Below are positions 11,701 through 22,520 of a stretch of DNA of 64,000 nt, piece by piece. Under the pieces are notes generated by a model. It searched no databases. It saw only the letters and a program-made list of their open reading frames with translations, and was not told the origin of the DNA. The stretch is from Amoebophrya sp. A120 (Eukaryota; Protista; Dinoflagellata). How positions within the stretch are numbered: position 1 is the first letter of the stretch; each line of letters starts with the position of its first letter. Both the position numbers and the translations under genes were made by a program. Where the stretch lies: positions 1,035,907 to 1,099,906 of the forward strand of contig CAJINV010000015.1 in the NCBI GenBank assembly GCA_905178155.1, given 5' to 3'.

Positions 11701-14302
11701 TAGTGATGATCTTCTACCTGATCCTGGGGGGTTGTCTGGAGAATCTGCGTCAACATCTTGGGCAGCAGCAAGTCCACCTCCGCTTCCTTCTGCACGACAT
11801 TGAGGTGGCATAAAGAAGCCACTAGAAGTCCCCGCGGTCCTTCGGCTTGCTTGTAGGTCCTGCACGCCGGCGCTCTCCTGCTCCTGTCCAGTAGGTGTGG
11901 CCGACGGAGGTTCATCTTGGGCGGGCTTGGCACTCAGTTGCGAATATGCGTACTGCACAACCCACTCTAGATTCGGAAACACAAACAGGATTGTCTCCGG
12001 GTCTTGCTCCACTTTCGCTATCGCTCTCTTCACCAGAAGTTGCCTGCTCAAATTAGTACCTGCTGTATCTTGTTGTTCCGGATCAGAAATTCTAAACAGG
12101 TGCAGATGGACCTCGAGTTTCTGGTTGAAATCGTCTTCCGCCCGGATTTCTATCAGGCGCCAGAGGTAGGACATAGTAGTTGCACCGTCGGTTCTTGATT
12201 TTAGCGCAGCAGGGATCATTTCTCTTCTCGACGACACAGGGATCACCAGGTGCAGGGCTTGTAGGCCCAGCCGCGTCAGCAAAGATCCCCTGACGTCGGC
12301 CTTTTGCGCCGTTTCCGCCAGCCCTTCAAACAGCTTCTCCAAGATAAGCTCGCGGAGGTTGTGAATCCTTGTTAGCTCCGCCTCGATGGAGAGGTCTTCT
12401 TGAGGACTTGGCGTCTGACTTTTAGCGTCCCCTTCTGAAGAGCAACAATCCAACTATCAAGCGCAAAAGTGTCTGGGTCTGGAAGGTTGCCAGGTTTGTC
12501 ATGCATATTTTGCATGACCCAGGATGTCTGTAATGCATGATCTAGCATCACATGTTTTTAGAGGCCTTCTTGATGCCAACCCCGCATGACAAACTGGGCT
12601 CCTCTTGCTGGTCATGCAATACATATTTTTTAGAATGCAAAGTGAGCATCACAAGTTCCAACCTTCCAGACCCAGACGTATTTGCAATGCATACCAACAC
12701 AGCCTGAGCGAAATTTTCATCGTCCACTAACACAAATCCGGCACTGCGGTCTTCAAACGCGCCCTCAATCCAGATGTTCGATTTGGTTCTTTCGGCAGCC
12801 TTAGTTTGTTTGCCGGCGTAGTTAAAATTCGTGCTGCTGTCTCCATCGAAACTGACTTCATGTTCATTTTCTCGCGGTGGTCCTCCTCCTCCTTCTGGGA
12901 GAGCTCTTGAAGTAGACGTGGTAGACCCAATAGCAGCTGACAGCCCATGTAAGCACTGAAACAAATTTTCGTTGTTATCGCCACTCCCCGCACCACCGAG
13001 ATACAGGGCATCAGGTTCGAAGCCGAAGCCGATGTGCTCCGTCCGCAAGCGGTGGCCGAGTAGTTCGCGTTTGATCCGCTTTTTCGCCAGATGCGCGGAC
13101 AGCCACAGGTCGTCGTGAAGGGTGCAGGCTCGAGCCTGCAAAAAATGTTCATGATCTTCTGTAGAAGTAGGAGTTCTTGCCAAATCAAAACGACCCTTTG
13201 ATGTTCCGTAAGCACCACCAGGAGCAAGCACTTTCTCCTTCCGTACCAAAGATTCCAGGTCGAAAAAGTACCGTGACCACAAGACCCCGTGCACGCCCTC
13301 CAAAATCGTCGACCCCACGTAGGCGTAGACGTGCTGGCTCGCAGTGCCGGTGGCCCGGCCCGGGGTCACCTTGGTCATTGCGGTGGAAAGGAGATTTACC
13401 AACTCAGGATCGTATGTTTGATCGTCGTCTACCTGAAGAATCAGTGTGTCCGGGTCGTTTTTCTCGATCGTGAGAATCTGCAGCATGTGCGTGCTCGGGC
13501 CTCGGTCGCGGCAACGGACCAGGTAAAACTTTGTTCTTGGTGCGGAAGACAAACCGTGACCAACAACATCTTCCAGAGGAGCGTCAGCTTCTTCATCAAG
13601 TGTGTTTCCCGTTCCACTTCCGTCGCCGGATGTAGCTGCGTCCCGTGTAGAAGAAGTACCCTCCTGCGCGATAATTTCAAAAATTTTGACAGCATTCCGG
13701 TCGTGCAGAGCACGCGAACTCTGATCCTGCTGCAGCTCGTTGAGCAAATCAAAATCAGGTCCGCCTCTTGTGTCTACTTCTGCCTCCCGATTTTTATATT
13801 TCCGATCTATTCTGGTCGTCGTGGTCCCTGCCACCGGAAAAATACTAAACCTGTATCCACCATCGTCGTTATTCCAGAAGGAAGTTTTCCCATCCTTCGT
13901 TTTTTCGAAGTCATATTCCTCGTTATTCCTCAGAAACACCCAGGGGACGAAGAGGTAGACCGCGTCGAGCGGAACGGTTTGTTTGTGGAGGAGGGAATCC
14001 AAGCATGGTTTTAGCAAATGTAGTCTCTTCGGAGTGGTCGTCAGGGCCGCGACGATACGCGGCGATCGTGGTAATGATCTTCGGGTTAGTACAACTTGCG
14101 ATGCAGTGCTTGTCTGTGATGCGGTCCTTACAGCATTTTCTTTGTCCTCCGTGTCAGCGTGTCGTATCGCCTCGCGCAAGAGGATGCCGTCTCTCGTACC
14201 GGGAAGGTTATGGACGTCGATCCAGTCGGAGATTCGCTCTGCGTTTGAAGAGGAGCTAAAAACGGCGCCAAGGACGAGGAACGTCAAGAAAACAGAAATC
14301 AT
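8722..14302 (-). CDS. Large (~1780 aa) secreted/membrane protein with N-terminal GT-A-fold glycosyltransferase-like domain
   Basis: ORFs 12548-14455 and 8722-12453 join in frame (AQAVL/DCCSS) after introner removal. Signal-peptide-like MISVFLTFLVLGAVF; motifs IVAALTTTPKRL, DRGPSTH, QVDDDQTY (DxD-like) and HDDLWLS. Start codon uncertain. Confidence 0.7.
12455..12693. mobile_element. Introner family A
   Basis: TSD ccaac; family A TIRs. Confidence 0.92.
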
Positions 14303-15002
14303 GAAGTCGCGTGTAGTAGTTCTGAGCAGTACTAGGGCTACTGGGGACAAGAACATCCTGTTGTATTTACAATGGACATGGAGGCACTGAGGCATGCTCG
14401 TAGTTTCAACAACACCAAGAAAACATGATACTGATATTCGCGATCTGTTTACCAAGAGTAATGATCTTGCTCGTGATCAAGTTCGAGACCATATCCAGCA
14501 AAATATTAGAATGGTCTGAAGAAAAAGCACTGATATCGCTGCGCTTGCTCGGACACCAGACGGACGGGGCGCACATACGTCTCAGATCTTTTCGTGACGA
14601 CGACGCGCCTTTCTTGATCTACCATGCAAAAAAAAATGGCCCACAATGTAATGGCTCCTGGTGTACAGAGCCTCATCCAGAGGCATTGTCTCATCGATCC
14701 GGAACCGGATGGTCGAGATCGACGAACAAAACACGGTCTCAACTACACACTTACCGGACTTTTGCCAACAAGACACGCACCTTCTTTTTTTTTCAGGCTC
14801 CCGCACCCCCTCGGGCTAGTAGGTACGTGGTCCCAAAAGCATATAACGTGTCCCCAGGCGACTCCGCGCCAGAGGCGACTTTCCGATTTTGCATGCAAAA
14901 CAGAGTGAGCTCCATATCGGAAAGCCAGGGCACACATACAAACTACCTTCGGATCGGCTGAAGAAACTAGAGATAGGAGGGATGCGGGCCTCCGAAACAA
15001 AT

Positions 15003-15065
15003 AAGAGCAAAGGCGAGAAGCTGGATCGGCGGTCCAAAAGAGCAAAGGCGAGAAGCTGGATCGGC
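15003..15065. repeat. 28-bp direct duplication at the edge of the GC-rich island
   Basis: aagagcaaaggcgagaagctggatcggc at 15003-15030 and 15038-15065. Confidence 0.85.
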
Positions 15066-15139
15066 AACACCACTTGACGCTGATCGACCCATCGATCCCC
15101 GTGCCGGATGGCACGGATTGCGAAGCAAATGCACTGAAG

Positions 15140-16970
15140 ACAGATCATTAGGGCGTACCGGGGGGCGGCGCCCCGGTGAAGTGGGCGCGCGGAGGTAGCG
15201 GCATGCAGGGCAGCGCCACGAAATAATTGAAGCAGGGGCGCGGATGCCCCGCCCGAGGCGTTGCGACCGCAACCGAAGTAGCGGGCGGGGCCCGTCTGTC
15301 TCCCTCGCTCCCACCCGGGGAAGCAGCGAAGCGGGTGGCGCTGTGGCTGCCATCGCGAATAGTGCAACGGCAACGCGATACTAAGAGGGCCGGGGCGCGC
15401 GGGCCTGCCCCAGCCGGGCCGGGCTTCTCCCTGACGGCGCTACGTACGCACGCGGCCCGCCCGCCCCGGGCAAGCAACCCGGCGGGGCTGACCACGCGCA
15501 ACCAAGCGAGTTCCTTGCTGCGGGCGCCGCGTTGATGGGGTCTCCGGTCTCGTCCACCATCGCCACGTCATCTGCATCGGATTCCCTTCTGCCGCTTTTT
15601 CCTTCGCCAAATAATGGAACCAGGCAGATCGCTTCGCTGCGGCACCGGCTTCGGTAATCCCGTCACCCCCGGCTGGTCGTGCTTCATCCTGCGCGGAAAA
15701 GCGTGCGGCCCACCAGCGGGCGGGGTGCGTGGGTACCGGCGGGCCGGATTTTACTTCTCGCAGAGGCCGATCTGGGAGGAACACCGGGCCCGGGCCTTCA
15801 TTGCCAAGGCAGGCCGATGGGGGGCCGGCAGCAGGGCCGGCGCGGGAAACAAACGGGGCGCGCCACAAAACTCGGCGCGCTCCCCGGGCGCCCGGCACAA
15901 ACGCGAAGGCGACTGACAAAAACCAACACGGCGCACCGGACCGACACAAACGGCCGCGCCTGGGGCTCCCGCCCCGCGGAGCACTTTCCCCGCCCCCCTT
16001 TGAAGGGGCAACAAGGCCCCCGGGCCGCCGGCCTCTGCGCCGCGCACGGTGTGCGCACCCAAAGCAATGCGCGCAACGCCGGGAGGCTCGCGCCATTCTG
16101 GGCAAGGGCGGTCGGCACAACAAGCAATGCCCGGCCGCTAGGCGCCCCGCCGCGGATCACACACCGCGACGGGCCCCGCGCGGTCCACCCCAAACTCCCT
16201 CCCCCGGGCCGGCCTTAGAGACACCCATCTCCTGAAACACCTGCGCCCGCCACCCTGCACGGCGGCCAACGCGCCACCCTTGCGCCCGGCGTGGCCACTC
16301 AAAGAATTCGCGGCGGCGCGCCCGCGCGCCCGCGCGCCCGCCCTTGGTCGGCCCGTCTTGTAAAAACCAGCCGCCTCCAGCAGGGTGGTGGGAATGATCG
16401 GAGCAGCAATACTCGCCGCGGCCGCGGGGGAGGCGCCTGGGGTAATGTGGCGGCGCAGCTAGGCGGCAAACTTTATCAGCTTCCGTGCCTGCGCCCGCGC
16501 ATGCGCGTCGGGCAGGTTCTTGCAGGCCCCACTATCGAACTCCCCAAGGGCCTCGGGGGTTCGCGCTCCACCTTTGAGCCCGCCCGCATCCGGGGCGAAA
16601 AGCGTCAGGGCCCCAATCCGCAAACGCCTGCCATTCGGCCCGCTGCAAGCTGCAACACCTGGGCGCCCGGGGGCTTTCGCAGGCAATGTTTGGACACTGG
16701 CAAAAAACGCCAACAATACCCGAACACGCAACGCCCAATCTGGAAATCTGGGTCGACGGTTGCGCCCGGCGACGCGGACGCCGCTGCGCGCGCCTCGATT
16801 TCCGCCACGGGCCCAATCTTGCACAGGGCGGCGGGCGTGCGGTTGCCGCTGCCAATCTTGCGCCATTTTTCCGCCGATAAATTCGGCGGACGCCCTTCGC
16901 CGACCACATAGGGGGCCGCTGCGCGGGGTTGAAAAAATGCGCGACAAAACCACGAGCCGGAAGCGCCGCG
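15140..16970. other. GC-rich island, probably a degenerate element or pseudogene
   Basis: Abrupt shift to very high GC; overlapping Arg/Gly/Pro/Ala-rich ORFs in all frames with no recognisable protein. Confidence 0.5.
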
Positions 16971-17682
16971 CTTCCGTTTTTCTCGTGCTGCACCTGTTCC
17001 AGGAAATGAAGAGAATCCCACGAGGGGTTCATCTTCGTCAACACAAACTGGCGCGTCGGCGTGTAGAACAATTTCCACGCAATTCTGAAGGTTGCGCTGG
17101 TTCACAAGCTGTACTCAGCAGCTTGATCGCACCTCTGCCTGGCGCCATTTGCTCCCGAAAATATTTCACAATTTTTTTCGCAGCTGCTTCATCTCATACA
17201 TGGGGTGTACACAATTGTTGCTCCGTTGTTGACCACAATTCCATCAAAGAACTAAGAGTCAAAGACGTCCACCACAGACAAATTCATCCAAATTCAAGTT
17301 CAAGTTTCGCTCGCCATAGGAGTTTGTTCGTCGTGTGAAAGGTACAGGTACATAAAAAAGAACAGTAGTTTCATCTCGCCCCCTAAAATAGTGTTAAACA
17401 CATGATCGTGACTGACTACAATCCAATCACGTCTGATCTAGTGATTTTCATCGTCCAATAAACAGTTAGGAACTTCTGGAAGTAGAGAAGTTCTAATACC
17501 ATTTTCACCTAAAAAATTCGTAAAAGTACAGTTGACACAGGGACAGCAGACGCAAACGCATTTGGCTTGCCGTTGCCGAGACCGCTAGGTGTACAGGAAA
17601 TGTTGCTCCTGGAAGATGAAAAAAACACGTCGCAGTGATATGATTCTTGTCTATTCACACCTGCATTCATTTACTTACTTTC

Positions 17683-20600
17683 CTACTGTCCTTCCCCCTC
17701 TTTCTCCAATTTGATTAAGTCGTCGATTCGCAAAATGGTAATCGCCGCTTCCGTCGCAAATTTCAAAGATTTCAACTTTGATACCATCGGCTCGACGACT
17801 CCGTTGTTGATGCTATGGTGGATCTGTTTTCATGTTTGATGTGGAACTCATATTTGTCGTTCTTGCGTTTCTGCATTGCAGATTTGTTGACATTATCCTC
17901 GTTCTGATCCAAAAATCTTCATGTCATGCGTGCTTGCAACAGTACGAAAGTCAGTTTCTCATGCAGTCGTGCAAAGTGTAAAAAGAACTCCTAGCAGTAC
18001 CTTGTTTCCAATCAAATCGAGGCCGAAAAACTTCTGGTCGGCCTTCGCCTTGTCACTCCTGCTTGCGTGGTGGGCTACTCGCAGTTTTGAGGTCAGGTCG
18101 ATCGCATCGAGCGCCGCGTTGCAGGTCAGAGTTGTGGGGATCACCATCAAAGCGTCGGCAAATTGGGCGACGGCAAGCTGCTCCCGGGAATCCAGTGTTC
18201 TTGCGTAATCGTCCAAGTGGAGGGAGAGTTGGGTCTCCACCGCGCCACCACCTGGTCAAATTGAAATTCGTTTAAAGTTAGTGTATATTTTGCATGACAG
18301 TCGCGATTCCTGTAGCCATGACAAGTACCATAAAACAGAAATCATGTTCATCCGGCACTCTGCCACCGCCGTTTTTAGTACTTGCTTCTTACGCATGACA
18401 AAAACAAGAACCTCACAGTGCCTACTAAGATCACTTGTATAACTATACCTGGCACGACCGTGGCGCTTTCCGCGGTTTTTCCCACAGCCATCAGAGCGTC
18501 GTGGATACTCCGGTCGGTCTCTTCCAGCATGTAGTCGTTGGCGCCGCGCAACAACAAGGTCGACGCCCTGCTGTCCTTCGCGCCCGTGATGAAGATGAAA
18601 TCGTTATCTCCCACCCGCTGCTCCTCCACCAGAGCGCATTCCCCGAGGGATTCCTTGTCAAATTCCTCCCCACCGTCGAGAGAGGACAAGGTCAGTTGGA
18701 TTTTTGCCCCAGTGACGCGGGCCAGTCGCTTCATGTATTACAGTGAAAAGCGCCCCCCACCCCTGAAATTGCAAAAATTTGTGATGCGAAGTTTCCAAAT
18801 GCAAACTTTTTGTCATGCATGAAAGGATTATGAATTTCAATTTTCCTGATGCAGAGCCTAGGTGTATATAGCATCGCTTGCATGACAAGCGCCGCTCTTG
18901 CTGGGGTCTTTTGCAATACAAATCTTTGCTGTTCACGATTGAAATAAACCTGTGCTGCTGATAGATGCAAGAGGGCGAATGTTTCATTTGGAAAGGTTTG
19001 CAATACAAATGCTCCCAAGTTCGGGGGTGGGGGCATTTTTCATTGAAATATCATGTCCGCCTTGTCCACACGACGGATGCCCATGGCGCCGGCGTCGACC
19101 AGGTACTTGATCGACATGTCGTCCATACCGCGGGTTGTCATAATCACGTTGGCGCCGGTGTCCAGGATCTGATAAAATTTTGGGTTTCGATAGGAACTTC
19201 TTGCAACACAGATCAAGTTTTTCATCTGCATTTCGCAACACAAATCTAAGTAAGTGGAGCATGTCAGCACACTTGTCATGCACCACAGCAAGCGCACGCT
19301 ACACGTCTTCAACATTAAATCTATTTCTGTACCTTGTTAATCCTCTCCTTCGTGATATCCATCTCCTTTTGCCTGATCTTTTCCAATTCCGCCGGGTCCG
19401 AAACCAAAATCTCCGCCTGTCGCATGCAGTACTTTTTCAGGTCAAAATCCAGCAGCGCCAGCTTCGCGTTCTCGACCCGGGTCGGGCAGCCCTGCGCCAC
19501 TCGTGCCAGTTGCAACGCGTACCCGTTTTCCACCAACATGGTTTCGCGCGACGATTTCCCGTGGGACTTCAACACGCTGATCTGGTTAATCGGGTACTTC
19601 CACTTGCCCTCGACGTTCTTAATCTTCACCGAGTTGACCGCGTCCACGATCAATTTGCTGAAAAACTCGGAATCCCCGCCGACAAACTTGGAGGAAAGGG
19701 TGGTCTTCGCGACTTGGGTCAATAACTCGTTGCTATTCAACTGTTCGAGTTTGATTCCCATGTTCTCCTTGATGAATTTCACGGATTCCCGCATGGCCAG
19801 GCGAAAACCGGAAATCACGCTCGTCGGGTGGATCTGCTGTTTCACGAGCTCGTTGCCGCGTTTTAACAGTTCCGCGGCGAAGAGCACGACGGAAGTGGTG
19901 CCGTCACCGACCTCGCGGTCCTGCAGGTCGGCGAGCTCGACGAGAACCTGGAGTTTGTCATGCGGGATCAGCTTGATAAAATTACACGACGTAATTGCAC
20001 GTCGGCATGCCAAATACAAATCAAAGCTTCAATCACGTATGTTTATGCAAACCTCGCATCACAAATGAGAATAAGGTTTGTTCTTCGACTATCTATCTAT
20101 ACCTTAGCCGCCGGGTGTTGAATTTCCAACTTTTTCAGAATGGTCGCGCCGTCGTTGGTAATCACGACGTCACCGACGTCGTCGACGATCATTTTGTCGA
20201 GTCCCTGCGGCCCGAGCGACGTTTTCAGAATGTTGGAGAGTGTCGCGACTGCGGTGACGTTGGCGGATCGGATATCAACTGTAATAATGTCTGGGTCTGG
20301 AAGAGTGTCAGACTTGTCATGCAGGTTTTCCATGATCCATGAGGTCTGGCATGAAGGACATAGCATGACAGAATTTGTGAGAGTTCTAGCATGCCTATCC
20401 TGCATGAGAAACTGCCTCGCGATTAGGTGAAAAGTGGACAGCTTTTGGTAATCGTGCAACACAGATTTTCACATGGGCATGCACATGGTTCAGATTTGGC
20501 ATGACAAGTTGCTTTGTTCCAGACCCAGACACTTTTGCATTGCATATCGGACATCCTGCCCGGATTCCCGGGATCCGGCGATGGAAAGACCACTGTATCC

Positions 20601-20939
20601 TGTGCAAAAGTATCGCACTCGTACAAATGCAATTCTTGCATTACAAATCTTGTTTCCAAGGCAAATCTGCATTACAAATTTTATTTCTCATGCTGAGCAC
20701 ATACATGGATCTGAGTTCGTTTTCTCTCAGTTTTTGCGTAATTTTTCTCACAACTCTATTTTTCAAGCGCGAACAAGAAGAAAGCAAAGTTGCTAGGTTC
20801 TGTTTTTTCAAGTGCGTTGTGAAACTTCGGTCACTGCTTCACCTACTATTTTCAATCGGTCATGGATGCTGAGAAAATTTGTAATGCATTTGTACGAATA
20901 CGATACTTTTGCACCGGATACACTGTCGTGAGCGCCCAT
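17683..20939 (-). CDS. TCP1: T-complex protein 1 subunit alpha (CCT-alpha)
   Basis: [28 protein letters not shown]...[60 protein letters not shown]...KWKYPI...KSHGKS...[19 protein letters not shown]...[19 protein letters not shown]. Three introners and four GT-AG introns. Confidence 0.95.
18736..19050. mobile_element. Introner family F (TIR aaaa(c)gcccccacccc)
   Basis: TSD tcatg; excision restores the conserved CCT1 sequence [13 protein letters not shown]. Confidence 0.9.
20273..20546. mobile_element. Introner family A
   Basis: TSD tcgga; excision restores QDVR/SANV. Confidence 0.92.
20596..20920. mobile_element. Introner family B, enlarged by a ~165-bp insert
   Basis: TSD cactg; family B TIRs; about twice the usual family length. 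Confidence 0.88.
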
Positions 20940-22520
20940 TTTTTCTTAAACTTCTGGCGTCGTGGGTGGAGCAAGAAAGGAAACTGATTTGTCGCTTGTT
21001 GTGTGAATATACTTTCTTTCTACTACCTAGCAAAGAATCTTTGTGCGTTTTTATTCCTCTTGTCGCCGAATTTAGGTACTACACCTTTTTGCCGTACAAC
21101 CGTTTCAGAACCAGGCAGCTCTAGTGTGCGTGCATTTCTCTTCGCTTCTGCCTGATGGTTTTATTTCGACACACAGGACAAGATAAAAGGAATTGAAAAA
21201 GTATGATGCGGATGTGCGCTTCTAGTTCTACTTGTTCTGAGCGGATCTTCTTCATTATTTTTGATGGGAATTTTGGATTTTGGGATCTTCATCGTGTTCA
21301 TCTTGCCTGTTCATATTCGGAGGAACTCATGTCGTGGGGATTTGCGAGAAGTTGTCTTTTCGTGAACATCGTCTGCGCCGTGCTGCCAGAGGACAACACA
21401 ACTACAAACTGTCATGCCCTCGCTGCGAGCGGAGCCGTTTCGCAACCGAACCAGGTGAAAGAGATTTTTGAGCTGAACTTAGAATCGCAACGAGAGTTTC
21501 TTGTTTCACGACCTGATATTCTTTGCGCCTCTGCACAGGGGTACTGGTAGACTAGTAGTCGCATTCTTGTGCTATCATGTGAATAACAGTGTGCAGCAGC
21601 TTCTTTAATAGCTGTCTCTAATTTTAGTTTTCTACAGGTGTGAGGAAATCTTTCGTTTATGCATGACTGAGATCAGTCATCGTTGCTCTTGCCGCGGAAA
21701 TTGTAGCGCGATTTCGAAGAACGTCGTGCGATCCAGTTGTATACAAAATTTATTGAAATTGAGTTAGATGTTGATTTTAGATTCATAACCTTGCACAGTC
21801 CTCTCAGCGTCCTCGTCTCATTATTTACTTCAATGTGCGTGTGCTAGGCGAATCATACAGAAAACTGCAAAATTTTACATTCTGACTTTGTCATCGAGCA
21901 GTCGTAGAGGTTACCGGGACGAACCCTACGTACTAGTTGCCTTGGTAGCTGCGTTTGTAAAAGTTCTGGCAAAAGACGAGCTACTACTGCTGATTTGGTC
22001 GTGTGTTTGCAAAGCGTCCTGGTAGTTCTAGTTGTAAACCCGACGTAATACTTTGGTGATAGCGATTTGTCGGTTGGTACATTGAGTTTTTTGAAAATTC
22101 ATAGAACTGCGTCGTAGTGGTCAATCGGAAAATTTTTATGTGACGAATAGTGATTTAGATTTGCTACTGTTACAGTTACTATTGGGTGAAATGTCAAAAT
22201 AAGTAAGTCGTGGTCGGTTGAAAAAGCTATAAATTGGTTGGTACAAGTGTAAATGTAATCAAACAAATGGAGTAGACATTGACATACGTACTGGTACATA
22301 GTGTTAGTTTTACTAGAAAAGGAAAACTGCCTCCCGTGATATAATTTGCTGCTTCTTCTGCTCCTTTGCCCCCGGATTGATGTGATCGAAGAAGCTAGCA
22401 AACGAATTTCTCCCGAATTTGAGGTCGTAGTTGGCGGTTTTGCGTTATTAAGTGGCGTTGTTTGAGTGTGTTCACCGCCAACTACCGACTACATCAAGAA
22501 GCTGCAAATGCCAGCTTCTC

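Noticed and set aside
14816-17338. Long overlapping ORFs in the GC island as real genes
   Set aside because: Stop-codon scarcity at high GC explains them, and they have no domain signatures.
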